Of a stretch of DNA of 64,000 bases, positions 35,097 through 47,433 are shown one piece after another. The DNA comes from Enoplolaimus lenunculus (taxonomy: Eukaryota): NCBI GenBank assembly GCA_030248215.1, contig JASANG010001013.1:434001-498000 (forward strand). Reading direction: 5' to 3'. The number at the start of each line of letters is the position of its first letter. Positions within the stretch are counted from its first letter, which is position 1. The notes under the pieces were generated by a model. That model saw only the letters and a program-made list of their open reading frames with translations. It was not told the DNA's origin and made no database searches. Made by a program: the position numbers and the translations under genes.

Positions 35097-35861
35097 CGAT
35101 GTTCTATGGACTTCGCTTTTGATTTGGTTTGAGTTTCCGTTGAGATCCGCGTTCTCAAATGTGTGTTGCACCTCTTATCGGTTGGGAAAAATTTACAAAT
35201 TTTTTGCCGTTCAGTTCAACGTTTTGTTCAATTCCGTGTTTTTTGTGCAGTGAAATATTTTCAACGACTGTGAAAAGCTTATTAAATGTCAGCTAGTGCG
35301 TTAGTCTGATAACCTATCATTGATCAATTAATTGGTGCTATAAATATTTGAGAATCCGGTTACCACGCGGATCTTTGCAGTGAGATTGTTACTTTAACCC
35401 ATATCTTGCTGATGTCAGTTTAAATTGACGGCAGACCAAAAAGGTGTGTATCTTTGAAGTTATAAAACTCGTCCAAACTATTTTTACAAGATCATTTACG
35501 CTGTTTCATGTTCTTCGTTTATGCACGGGTTTGTGTTTCTAGGTTGCATCTGCGCATATTTGGTTTCCTATGACCAGCATCGTTCTTCTTAGTCCGATTG
35601 CAGGCACAAGGGCAAATGATTGCGTTTTAGCGTTCAGAATTAGAGTCATATTCAACTTTAGGCTTAAAGATGCACTGGATTTGAACTTACGTTCAAATTT
35701 GAGTTCAAACTTGACTGAACGCTTGTGTCAACCCGTTTGGTTTGGTTTTGAGTAACGTTTAATTTAGGTTCTAATTTTAACAGTAAATGTTTCCCTGTTG
35801 TCTATTCAGCTTGATGTTTTCTTGTAAACCAGACCGTGAATTTGTACTTTTTACTTAATCG

Positions 35862-36085
35862 TCCCGATGTAAACATCAGAGGCGGAACGTTTTTCTGTAG
35901 GACTACAATAGAGTAAGCTTAAGCTGTAGACTATTGCCTGACTTAGGCTTAGGCTTAGGAATACGCTCATTCTTACGCTGAGGCTTAGGCTTTGATTTAG
36001 GTTTAGGCTTAGGCTTAGGAATATGGTTATAATACTGTTCCGCTCCTGTTATAATACTGTTCCGCTCCTGTTCTATACATTGTCC
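35862..36085 (-). mobile_element. Telomere-repeat MITE subfamily A
   Basis: Reverse copy; TSD CTTAATCG/CTTAATTG; 22-bp internal duplication near one end. Confidence 0.82.
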
Positions 36086-36603
36086 CTTAATTGGATAGTA
36101 GCTGTTGTTGAGCACATTTTTACTAATCCCTTTTTAGGAAATATATTCAACAATAATTGATTTTAATAACGAAATGTAAATTTATTTCAATTCTTAAAAT
36201 ATGACGCTAGCGTTGGATCGAAGCATCGGGTAAGTAAATCACAGAAGTTTAACGCAAAAACAGATTTCGCCAGTGCCAGATGCCACCGCTGAACGCTGTT
36301 TCAGAATGGGGACAGTAGACAAAGTATAAATTTCTGAAAACAAATTTTGAACAAAAATCGCAAAAATTCTATTTTAAAAAGATTTTCTTCAAACATTTTT
36401 TAAACCTTGGGAGTGAAACGGAGGCTTTGTGGAACGTGATTATCTCGGATGTTAAAAGTTTGTCGAAGTCATCATTTTGAAATTAGTCGTTTAAGAAGGA
36501 ACGCAAGCTGTGTAAGCTACGATTAGACAAAACTGAGTTAACTTTTAATTTCCTGGAACCAACTGTAACGTATGAAGTAACATTTGAATTTCATGTATTC
36601 CTT

Positions 36604-37009
36604 AGGGGTAATAAGAGGCGACCCATTTTGAGTCTCAACCAATAGCAGTCTGTATCCCTAATACGAGTCCGTAAGCGGACAGAGTACTAGAGTCCATAAA
36701 TGTCAATTATCCCTGATTGTAGTCCATAAATGACTCCAGAACGAAATAAAGTTGAGTTCAAAACTTTAAAGCATACTTAAGATTTGAAATGCGTCCTTAA
36801 GTATAACCTTGCATTATCGCTCAAACTTTTGGTACAAGACAAATAAACGTTTAATTCAACGGATAGTTTCAATACCGGATATATATCAGTAACAAAGGGC
36901 GACGGATGGTTTGTTAAAAATAAATAACAGTCCGTAACCGAATGACAGGGGGTACCTTCTGGAGAGGCAAAATAAATATCATTCCCCCCTTTTATTCGTG
37001 TCACTACAG
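36604..37009. mobile_element. Tc1/mariner-type MITE, same family, reverse orientation, one end lost
   Basis: Reverse-complement similarity to 28955-29417. A further partial copy lies at 40198-40393. Confidence 0.78.
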
Positions 37010-37492
37010 TACTTTTTCGATTAACTGGATTGCGGCCCAAATTACGTATTGTGGAGCGTTACAGCTTTAAACTAGTCAAAGTAGTTTGCAAGATTTGCAA
37101 CGTAAATATATCAAAGTTACTGTAATTCCCCAAAATAAACAAATATATTTGTTCAATGCTGGAACGATGCCCAAAATACGTATGATAGGCGTTTCAGTAT
37201 CAATTATATTGATCTTGTAAGTGCTACAAGAAATGCTTTCACTTGATGAACTCTGTCACGAATTACAGAAGCGTTTACCGGTGAATAACAAAATTTTTTT
37301 GCAACATTTAAAATATTTTGGTATTTCAACAATTTTGAATGGAAATTGTAAAAATTCTTTTCTGCTAATTTTTCTTACCAATTTTTTCCAGTCCACTTTT
37401 TTGTAAATTCAGTACTCAGCAGATAACCATCCCGTAAACCAAACTTTGAGACAAACAAAGAAGTTGTAATGTTTCTTTTTTATTCTAAATTA

Positions 37493-37610
37493 ATATTTTG
37501 AAATATGAAATTTTGTATATTTTGAAATATGAAATTTTGTATATTTTGAAATATGAAATTTTGTATATTTTGAAATATGAAATTTTGTATATTTTGAAAT
37601 ATGAAATTTT
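37493..37610. repeat. 24-bp AT-rich tandem repeat, about 5 copies
   Basis: Unit AAATATGAAATTTTGTATATTTTG. Confidence 0.95.
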
Positions 37611-37924
37611 TTGAAATCTTCTTAATTTGATTGATACGTGCGTGACTTTTGGTAGACGGCTATCTGTTATGCCTAATACGGTACCAATTCTAAGAAAGTT
37701 GTTTATGGCAGAAATATTTGGATTTTTTTCTACTATACAGCTAACAGGCAGCCTCTGAAAGGGTCAAGAAGACGAGGTGTCCATTTTCTGTATTAACGAT
37801 CATTTTTAAAATGAAAACTATTACCAGAAAAATCTACGTATACAACCGATCTCGAACGCTTAGCGTGAACGTAACCTGTAGCGCGCGGCAACATCAAACG
37901 TAAACCTAAGTGTAGCCGTAAACC

Positions 37925-38143
37925 GGTCCATGTAAAGATCAGAGGCGGAACATTGTTCTATGGGACTGCAATAGAACAAGCTTAAGCTTTAGACTAATTT
38001 TTGTTTAGCCTTAGGCTTAGGCATACGCTTAAGCTTAGGTATTAGTTCATTCTTACGCTTTGGCCTAGGCTTAGACTTAGGCTTAGGCTTAGGCTTAGGA
38101 ATATGCTTATAATACCGTTCCGCCACTTTTCTTTACATTGGCC
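37925..38143 (-). mobile_element. Telomere-repeat MITE subfamily A
   Basis: GGTCCATGTAAAGATCAGAGGCGG ... TCTTTACATTGGCC; TTAGGC core. Confidence 0.85.
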
Positions 38144-38305
38144 CCCTATAACCAAAGCATATGCCTAAAGTAGTTGTTAAGGTTAATTGATTGATAATTT
38201 TTTGAAATGTTGAAAATATATGTGTGTGAGTTGAGCATCAGTTGAGATATAGATTATATCTTCTATTCCATGAGACAGTTGAGCGAAAATTATAAATGTT
38301 ATGTT

Positions 38306-38464
38306 GGCCAATGCCAATGTATAGAACATGGGCGGATAAGTAGTATAAGCATGTATCTCGGAGCCTAAGCCTAAGCCTAAGCAATAAAATAGCTTAAAGC
38401 TGAAGCTTACTCTATTCCAGTCTCGCGGAATAGAGTTCTGCCGCCACTGATCTTCAAATGGACC
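38306..38464 (+). mobile_element. Telomere-repeat MITE subfamily A (short)
   Basis: Degenerate TIRs and a (CCTAAG)3 core. Confidence 0.75.
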
Positions 38465-39159
38465 AAAATGTTTTACTGGCATGGTGTATACAATCTTTTA
38501 GTTATAAGCTTATGCACACAGGGTCCAAACACAGAAAAAGAATACAGAACAGAATTTTAAGCATAAATTTTCGGTTAAACTTATATCGTTTAGTTAATGT
38601 TTCACCCAGTTTATCTAAATTTTAACTAAAACGGTAATGTTTAAATTTTGGAAAATCACAAATCAACAAAATTGTCAAGTCAAACAAACATGTGACTGCA
38701 GGGTGTAAACGAATAGTAAAAATAACGGAAACGGACAGTGATCATAATAACTGAATCATAAAATTGATATTGAAGTGTAAAAGTTTGAAAAATGTTTTAT
38801 TTTTCAGCCAATCCAATTTAAGGCATGCAAATATTCACCGGGATTTGCAAAATATTTAAAAAACTTCCGATTTACATAAAGTTTAAGGAAATTATGGATG
38901 AATCATAAAATTCTTTATTCCAAATTGCACAATTGCAGCATATTTATTTGAACTGAAAATTTCCATTATTTATATGTTATTTATTTGAATTCGAGTTTAT
39001 CTGTAACGAGAACGGAAACAAATGTCCGGCTACACCATGTGTCACTGAAATCTACGACTCACAAGAAATGAACGCTGATAAACTTTCATCGGAAATAACA
39101 ACAAATAACTTTGGACACTGTGTTACTGCTCCTCAAAAAAGGAAAATACGCCCCACATA

Positions 39160-39411
39160 CACTGTAAATTCCAATGAGTTAATTAATAAACTCAGACGGA
39201 AAGTTAATTATTTCTGAGTTAATAACAGAACACTTTAACTTACTCTGAGTTGACTTGATTCTCACTGTGAGTTGAGTTGAATCTGGGTTAGTTGATTAAT
39301 TAACTCAGAATGAAGTGAATCAAATCACAATTGTGAGTTCTGATAGTCCTAACTCAGACTGAGTGATTCAAGACATTCTGAGTTAAAATCAACTCACTCA
39401 AATTGACAGTG
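39160..39411. mobile_element. CACTG-terminal MITE, GAGTT-repeat family
   Basis: TA|CACTGTAAATT ... AATTGACAGTG|TA. Confidence 0.82.
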
Positions 39412-40009
39412 TAAAATTTTGTGTTTCATTGGATTCTCAGGGCGGCTGTAGCCCCCTGAGCTGCCCGCAAGTTCAAGTGACCTTTGGGACCGGAAATATG
39501 ACCCCCCAATGTTCGTTCCCACGCTAAACTACTTGTCGAAAATTTATATATACATATATATAAAACAACTTTGATACTGTGCTTTTGCGGTACGACATAA
39601 GAACCGCTTAGTAAGTGAGCCTGGGGGGCGGCAGCCCTAAGTCTTCCTTACGGTCCCTTGAACTTGTCAGGGCCCAGGGAAGCGGTAACTCGTTGATTGG
39701 AAAGAAAAAAAGTGCCCAGCCAATATACACTGAGATGTTCTATTATAGAACGTTTAAACGTTGATATGATTGTAACCGAACACTGCACTTGCAAAAAAAC
39801 TATAAAATTCGATTACATTTCTGTTTTGTTGAGGGACTAAAAATTGCGTAAATTTTTGCTACCAAATAAAAGTTCTTTGTGTTTGCTAAATTACAACAAA
39901 CAGGGCAGGGCGTCCTATCCCTGCTAGGCATGAATACTGGCAACCGGAAAATTAACAGAATTTTAACATTTTTTATTTTAATAAAAAAAGATATCTCAAA
40001 AAATTTTCA

Positions 40010-40080
40010 AGGAACCAGAGGAAATCGAACCCGGCCATCTAGGTCCTTTTCAAACCTATAACCTACTGCGCCATTGTGCC
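40010..40080 (-). pseudogene. tRNA-derived relic / Pol III-like unit
   Basis: Minus strand: A box TGGCGCAGTAGG, B box GGTTCGATTTCC, T6 run just downstream; cloverleaf degenerate. Confidence 0.55.
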
Positions 40081-40693
40081 ATTAACTTGGTCGCTTACAA
40101 AGACCACATGATATTCGGTTCAGTGGCGGATGATCAAGGATATCAAAATGGGGTGGGGCCAAAATTTCACGCGTAATAAACTTATTTTTGACCCATACTG
40201 TAGTCACCCAAATAAGAGGGGGTCCCCATTTTGAGTTCCAATCAAAAGGAATCCGTATCCGTAATAAGAGTCCGTAAGCGGGTAGTCCTTAAACCCTTGT
40301 TAAAGTTCATAAATGTCTATTATCCCTAATTGTAGCGCATAAATGACTCCAGGGCCCAATAAAGGTGAGTTCGAAACTTTAAAGCGTGCTTATACTATTG
40401 TGTATAAAACTGAGAAATATTACAGCGTAGAACAGCAATTGACACTATATAATTTTTTTGTCGAGATACTGTTGAGGGGGGCCACGGCCGGGGTGCCCCC
40501 CATGGATCCGCCATTGTCGGTAATCTACGCAATACTAATTTGAAACATAACGGCCGGCCCAGAACCAAGGCGGTAAACCCGGCAGCCGGCTGACCGGCCG
40601 ACTGGTGACCGGTTTCGCCGCTGGTGGAGTTCAAACTGTCAAGCAAACACTGCGACTTTATGCAGCCAGAACTTGCACCTGCCACTTATGCAT

Positions 40694-41449
40694 CCTCCAC
40701 AATTAAAACTGTGAGGTGGTGGAAAATTTGGGCGTCAATTCCACATCTCAATTTCACGTTTTTGTTCAGTTCCACAACTCCACGTTTTGCACTACTAGGT
40801 ATTCAGGAATTGAAAACTCATAAAATAGGAGGCGTATAGGAATTGAAATTCTTTCGCGCAATGAAATATCATATCCAAAGAGTTTACAAAATTTTACCAC
40901 GTTCAATTCTTGAATAGTCATTTCTAAGAAATTTCGTTATCTACAATCTATCACAAAACACGAAATTCAAGTCAAGTAGTTGTACATCGAAATAATTTTT
41001 CAACTCTCAAACAACAGTAATATATTCTAATGCGTTTATAAGAATCGAATCATTAAAATCTTTCTTAAATTTTGTCAATTCCATAACACTACATTTCATT
41101 TGAATGTCACTTGCAATACACATAGGTCAGAGGAATGTTTCAATTCCTAAACACCATGTTTGTAGTGAGTAAAAGTATTGACATAGTCAGAGCGATATTA
41201 AAACTGAAATAAAATTCAATTCAATGAACACCACTTTATACTGGTGTTCAATTCCATAACACGCTATTGTTTCAACATGCGTGTTATGGAATTGAAATTT
41301 TATTCAGTCCTTAGAAACGCTTTGAGTGAATCGTATGGATTGAAAATTATGTTCAATTCCAATACACGAAAATTTCACATGTCTAAATTTTGCCTTTTTC
41401 TGGAATTGAAATTCATTTTTCCACCAAGCCACATTTTTAATTGTGGAGC
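40694..41449. mobile_element. ~760-bp non-coding TIR element, superfamily unassigned
   Basis: CTCCACAATTAAAACTGTGAGGTGGTGGAAAA ... TTTTCCACCAAGCCACATTTTTAATTGTGGAG, flanked by ATGCAT on both sides; repeated GGAATTGAA/TTCAATTCC motifs. Confidence 0.82.
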
Positions 41450-41726
41450 ATGCATTACATGCATAACGCACAGCTGCAAGTATTTACAAACAAATGTCAT
41501 ATTAAATCTGAATCTTGACATTAAATTACAAAATTTCATAACCTGAAACCGCTTTCAAACTCGTCACATTATATTCCTTTCACGGTAAAAAATGCAAGTC
41601 GGTCCAGCCAGCTTTACATTGGACTGTCAAATATCAGAAAAGTTTGAAATTTGAATTTTAATTCATGATTATTGCCTAAATTCAAAAAGTCTAAATTTAT
41701 TAACAATTCACTCTGTACGAAGCGTT

Positions 41727-42001
41727 AGCCAATCAAAATACAGATGCAATAAATTCAAGACCCTGAACCGAAGCCAATCAAAATGCAGATGCAATAAATT
41801 CAAGGCCCCTGAACCAAAGCCAATCAAAATGCAGATGCAATAAATTCAAGACCCCTAAACCAAAGCCAATCAAAATGCAGATGCAATGAATTCAAGACCC
41901 CTAAACCAAAGCCAATCAAAATGAAGATGCAATAAATTCAAGACCCCTGAACCAAAGCCAAGCAAAATGCAGATGCAATAAATTCAAGACCCCTGAACCA
42001 A
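41727..42001. repeat. 46-bp minisatellite, 6 copies, CCAAT-containing
   Basis: Unit AGCCAATCAAAATGCAGATGCAATAAATTCAAGACCCCTGAACCAA. Confidence 0.96.
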
Positions 42002-42743
42002 AACGTATCTTCAGTCATTCTTGGTTCCGATACCACATTTAGTCTATATATGTTTTTGCCTCATTTTGCCCATATGGTTGCCACAGAGTTTTAGACACAT
42101 ACGCCAATCTTACGTACCACAGATATGTGATATATTAGGCCCCGTATAGAGTAAAAGCCTGGCTGTAGGCAATGGATCAGTGTTTTCGTGCCTAATTTTT
42201 GCAGAAGGGTTAACCACCTCTGGCTAAAGTAAAATTAGGTTTACGTCATTGGCCTATAGGTGGAGGAATATTACGTTTAGGGCCGGAACTGCAGATTAAG
42301 CATATTCCTAAAGTGCAAACCTAAGAATAAACGGTGTAAAAAATGTGCATACTTAAGCTTACATGCTTAAGATGCCTTGAGTTCGTTGGTTATAGAGTTT
42401 GAAAAACTGAAATGAAAGTTTCAACATATTTGAGAGGGGCACGCAACAAAATGTTGCGGGTTCTCAACAAAAATTTCTAGGGGTTTGCAATCAAAATCCG
42501 ACAAAGACATGAAAGTATTTCAATCCATTTACAAGCAGGTATACAGCTTTTCTATGAATTTCCAAACTTTTTCAACAGGAGCAAAGTCCTTATAGATTTC
42601 TTTAGGTACTTCCTGGACTGGCTATCTGGTTTATCTCAATTAACTAAGCATTTTTCGGCTTTGCTTTGTAGCCAGGGGCCGTATTCCAATGAAGCGACAT
42701 GAAATTATACATATATATTCCTTCTTGAAATTTCTAGACACTA

Positions 42744-42943
42744 CACTGTAAAAAATAGGGAGTCAAATTGACTGTTTCGGAAATAGGCTTTCCTGACTAC
42801 ACAAACTGAGTCAAAATTCGACTCCGCCAGAGTCAAATTCGGTTCATTGAATCGCTCAGTGAGTCCAATTTAACTCTGGCGGGGTCAGATCAGGAAAAGA
42901 ATATTTCCGAGAGAGTCAATTTGACTCCCCATTTTTTACAGTG
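42744..42943. mobile_element. CACTG-terminal palindromic MITE, GAGTCAA family
   Basis: TA|CACTGTAAAAAATAGGGAGTCAAATTGACT ... AGTCAATTTGACTCCCCATTTTTTACAGTG|TA. Confidence 0.88.
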
Positions 42944-43603
42944 TATGCAAAATCAGTGTTACAAGCGTTAGATTTTCAATTCTAAACGTCAAATTAGTGT
43001 TTTTTCAGTCGCTCTGCTCGCTCAAAATTACTTTACAGCCCAAGATTATACGCTTCCGAAGTCAAATGTTGTCTTGCACTCATTTCTGCACCCTCAGCAA
43101 CAATGACACGGTTAGTCAGGTGGGACGTTTATCACCTATGTTTTTGATGACTGACAACTCGCGCTAAAATTTTTCCAGGAGCTAAAATTCTGTCAGAGGA
43201 GAAACGAGCCGATCCTGTCTCCCCTTAGGCCATCCATCGTCCTGGCTACAAATCTGGTTCACCCGCACAATTCTCCGCAACAAAATTTTCAACTTTGCTT
43301 GTAAGTAATCGAAAATCCTTGTATGCCCGTCTTGAAAATTCTTTGAGCCGACCCTAGCAAGGTGAGCTGGCTACGGGTCAGGCTGGTACACCGGTGTTAT
43401 TTTTTCGGTTTCGCATATGGCCACAGCAACAAAATAAGACTGTTTTGACTAGAGGGTGTACTTTTTATCACCCATGTGCTTTTGTTGGTTCCACACAGTA
43501 GTGGTTCCTGTGTGTGTGTAGTTTAAACTCATTCTTACGGGTTTTTGGCCAATTTTAGTTGTTAGCTGGTAGGTTTTAGTCAATAGCTGTTGATAATGGC
43601 AGC

Positions 43604-43803
43604 GGCCCATGTATAGAACAGGGCCGGAGCAGTAGTATACGCATATTCCTAAGCCTATGCCTAAAAGCCTAAGCCTAAGCGTAAGGATGAGTGTATTTCT
43701 GAGCCTAAGCCTAAGCCTAAGTAAAAAAAGTTTGTCTAAAGCTTAAACTGACTCTATTATAGCCTCGCCGGAAAACGATCCGACCCTGTACTATACATGG
43801 GTC
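43604..43803 (+). mobile_element. Telomere-repeat MITE, subfamily A (reference copy)
   Basis: TIRs GGCCCATGTATAGAACAGGG / CCCTGTACTATACATGGGTC, perfect 8-bp TSD ATGGCAGC, internal CCTAAG runs. Confidence 0.9.
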
Positions 43804-44765
43804 ATGGCAGCTGGCGGGCGGCGTAGAAGGAAAACTCGTCTAAATAGTTCAATACAATGAGATGAAGCAAGAAAAAATTCAATAGTTTCATATTTTAGCT
43901 TTAATTTTGGCTTATAAACGCTTGTCTCACGTTTAGGCTTAGGTTTAGGCTCACAGTCAGCAGAGTGGGATGTGGGTTGAGGATTTTTAACCGGTCCACC
44001 GCTTTACCCAAGCAAATAAAAATTGCTAACCAGCGAGTTTACACGCGCTGAAACAACTTAATACCAACAACCCACCTTTTACTCGCGCCTGAAGTGAAAC
44101 CAGTATTTTATAGATTGTTGGTGATTCGCATTTTGTTGAAGTTTTGCGTTATAGCTCCAATGAAATAGCGTTGTATATTTTTCACCTTATTTCTTAAAGG
44201 TTTTTACAACGGTTTTCAGAAATGTCTTTTAACCGTGTTTTACTTTTAGAAACGTATTGTTTATGCATTGGACAGCAATAAAATAGGTTTAAGATTTAGT
44301 CAAATTTTATCCTTAGACTTAAACTTACCACAATGGCACGTTTTAAGCTTATCACTGCACTGAGAATTAGACCAGGCTTAGGGTTACGGTTATAATTATT
44401 CGAAGGTAAAAGTTACGCCCTTACAGGCACACGGACACAGGTCTGGAATGTCAACCGACACCCCAGGGAAAACATAAGGGAGGGGACCCGACGGCACTAC
44501 GAATACCCAACCGCCCCCTAGAAGTTTTGTGTTGAAATTTAAAACAATTTCCGCAAAAATGAACTGGGTTCTTGCTCGCTTCGCTCGCATTGAATATTAA
44601 TCGACTCTGTCTGTGTTTTGGCTTTTGGTTGAATACCAAAAATCAAATTTCTCGTCGAACGGCGAATCCAAAACCAGAACATTGATGTTATCCACAATTG
44701 CTACCGTCGATTTGACGTCATTAGAAAAAGAGTTCCCATGCCCAGGGCCCTTAAAAGTAACATTA

Positions 44766-45019
44766 CACTGTAAACCCCACTGAGGTGATTTTAACTCTGA
44801 ATGAGTTAAATCGTTCAGTCTGAGTTATGAGTGTCACAACTTAGAACTCTGTGTCAATAAAACTTACTCTGACTCAATTATTCAACTTACCCTTAATAAA
44901 CTAAACTCAGAGTGATGATCAACTCAACTCATAGTGCGTTAATGTTAAACTGTTTATTAACTCAGAAATACCTAAGTCTCAATCTCAGTTGATTAACCAA
45001 TTCATTGGAATTTACAGTG
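44766..45019. mobile_element. CACTG-terminal MITE, GAGTT-repeat family
   Basis: TA|CACTGTAAA ... TTTACAGTG|TA; reverse relative of 39160-39411. Confidence 0.82.
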
Positions 45020-45674
45020 TAACCGACTGTTTTTATTTAGAGATCAGCCGATTGGGGAGTAATTGACTTTAATTTAAAATTTACGAATAAATTAAAAATA
45101 ATTTGACTTGGAAACGATAACAGCGAATTTGCACAGAAAGATTTGAGAGAAAAAATTGCCGAAATATATTTGGATATTCGTTGAAATTTAAATGTAAACA
45201 ACCCGTATTGTTATTAAATCAGTAGTTTAAGTATCAAAAATAGAACCGAAACTTCCAATTTCCAGTGGTAATTGCTTCTGTCGCCTAAAAAGTAATTAAT
45301 TGTTTTTGGTAATTGAAATTTAACAAAAATGACTGCTAAAATTCAAACGAAATCGTTTAACGACGCAAATTATAACAAAATTATATAAATTATGAAAATT
45401 GCCAGAGGTATTCGTGTAAATTTTACTCGAACCAGAAGCCGAAACACCCGACCTTTTGTTGGACTCTCTTTAAGTTCGTTCCAAAAGCCTAAATATGTTT
45501 CGGCCTCAGGGCCACGCCTTTGAGAAGCGCATACCCACGATGACATTTTTGACCCACGTTTTTCAAAAATCAATTTGTGATCCGCAAAACAAGGCTGATT
45601 CACGATCCGCCGTTAACTTTCTATCCAGAGGCTTGTGCGTTCCGTAACTCGTCGGATAGACACAGTTGTATGAG

Positions 45675-45951
45675 CGGGCCCGTAGCCAAGGGGGTGCCAG
45701 GGGGAAAATTTTGACCCCCCCCCCGGCAAAACTTCGGCTACACCTGAAAAATTTTCAACCCTGCTGGTAAGTCATTAAAACGCTTGAATGTCTCTCCTGA
45801 AAAAATTTTAGCCCCTCCTGGAAAAATTTTAGCCCCTCCTGGAAAAATTTTTGCCCCTCCTGGAAAAATTTTAGCCCCTCCTGGAAAATTTTTTTGCCCC
45901 TCCTGGAAAAATTTCAGCCCCTCCTAGCAACGTGAGCCGGCTGCTGGCCTG
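45675..45951. mobile_element. hAT-like MITE (GGCCCGTAGCC family) containing a 21-22 bp minisatellite
   Basis: GGGCCCGTAGCCAAGGGGG left end; about 6 copies of CCCCTCCTGGAAAAATTTTAG at 45795-45926. Related ends lie near 30873-31042, 33661-33820, 34150-34303, 43130-43385, 54310-54348 and 58200-58255. Confidence 0.72.
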
Positions 45952-46120
45952 TGTGTGAGCCACGTTTCATCATCGCATTACTTTCAACCGGAATGGATCA
46001 AATTACATAGCGGAAATAAGTTTGTTTTGAAAAAATAGTTTAGACCAACCCAATAACTGCTTGGTAAGTTCTAACCTATCGAACGGCAGTTCAAATCTCT
46101 TAAATGTTTACGTTATTGTA

Positions 46121-46483
46121 CTGTAGTAACCGGAATAATAGGAGGGACTGATATTTATTTGGCCTGTCGAGAGGGTACCTCCCCCTGTTATTCGGTTACG
46201 GACCGTTTTCTTAACCCGCCTTCCGTCGCCCTTCGTTAATAATATATATCTGGTATTTATTTGTTTAGTATAAAAAACTTGAGCGATAATGCAAGGTTAT
46301 ACTAAGGAGTGTAAGTACTTTAAAAACAAGTATGCTTTGAAGTTTCGAACTCGAGTTATTTGTTCCTGGAGTCATTTATGCACTACAAATACGGACTCTT
46401 ATTAGGATTACGGACTCCTATGGACTGGGACTCCAAATGGGGACTCCCTTTTTATTGCCCCCCTGTTATTCGGGTCACTACAG
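46121..46483. mobile_element. Tc1/mariner-type MITE, same family as 28955-29417
   Basis: TA|CTGTAGTAACCGGAATAA ... TTATTCGGGTCACTACAG|TA with colinear internal sequence. Confidence 0.85.
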
Positions 46484-46894
46484 TACATTCCTCCCACGTC
46501 TAAGGTTATGGCTTAAGCTTAGACTTAGGCTTTAGGCAAATGGGACTTTTGTTGGGTCGACTACAGTGGAAAAATCACCACAACGCAAATGGCTCATGTT
46601 ATAGCTGCAGACCATAACAGCAAAGAGTATTACTAAGGCCAGGCCTCTAAACTTATGATTAAGCCTAAGCCTAAGCAAAAAATTTTTACTTTGTGGGAAA
46701 ACAACAAAAGTGTCGGCCGCGAGTTTAGGCAACGGCTTAGGCTTATGCTTAGGCGTTATTGATTATTGTCCTAAGCCGAAGCCTAAACCTAACAATAAGT
46801 GTGGGTTAAGTCTACAAGAACAAACGTTTATTTACCTATGACTTTAAGCTTAAAGCATAACCCTAAGTTTGCACAGGAACCTAAGCCTTAACAG

Positions 46895-47002
46895 TAGGGT
46901 GTAACCGGATATCCGCTTCCGCTTACGGTAAAAATCGGTGTTTGTTTCCGTTATTTTGATCACTATCGGTTTCTGTTATTATTAGTATCCGTTTACACCC
47001 TG
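46895..47002. mobile_element. Short hAT-like MITE
   Basis: TAGGGTGTAACCGGATA ... TATCCGTTTACACCCTG; TSD CTTAACAG/CTTCACAG. Decayed relatives lie near 16330-16500, 26800-26850, 30380-30541, 38698-39040 and 59750-60077. Confidence 0.78.
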
Positions 47003-47433
47003 CTTCACAGTTAAAAAGCTTTTAAGCGTGGATCTACAGTCCAGCCCAAAACGAACGGTGCTGAACCGCGAACTTTGATCGGGACCAAAAATGAAAGAGT
47101 TTGGTAAGGCGCTGAAAACGCCAATAATGGAATTATGCAATGTGGTATATGATAGGTCACATATCCCACTGATAACCGTAATTCAGATTAAGATACAACC
47201 ACCGACACAGTTCGCTCCCTACAAATACTGAACAATTTTTTTAATATTCGACATCAAGAATTTTAAAAATATTCAAACCCACGTTGAAATTCATTTCAAT
47301 TTAAACAATTGTTTCAACTAAATTCGTTTAACTTGATTTGAAAGAAAAAACACTTTTTTGCTGAAAATTTCGCAATTTTAACAATCTAACCAGTCCACAC
47401 ATAAGGTACGGTGATGGCCCTAAATTAGGCAAT

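Noticed and set aside
33200..42001. CRISPR-like arrays (26-bp and 46-bp repeats)
   Set aside because: Head-to-tail repeats with no unique spacers and no cas genes, in a eukaryotic context.
27200..47400. Short ORFs in the 20-kb intergenic region
   Set aside because: Mostly within MITEs or low-complexity DNA, and no spliceable protein-like chain was found by eye. Small or divergent exons could have been missed.
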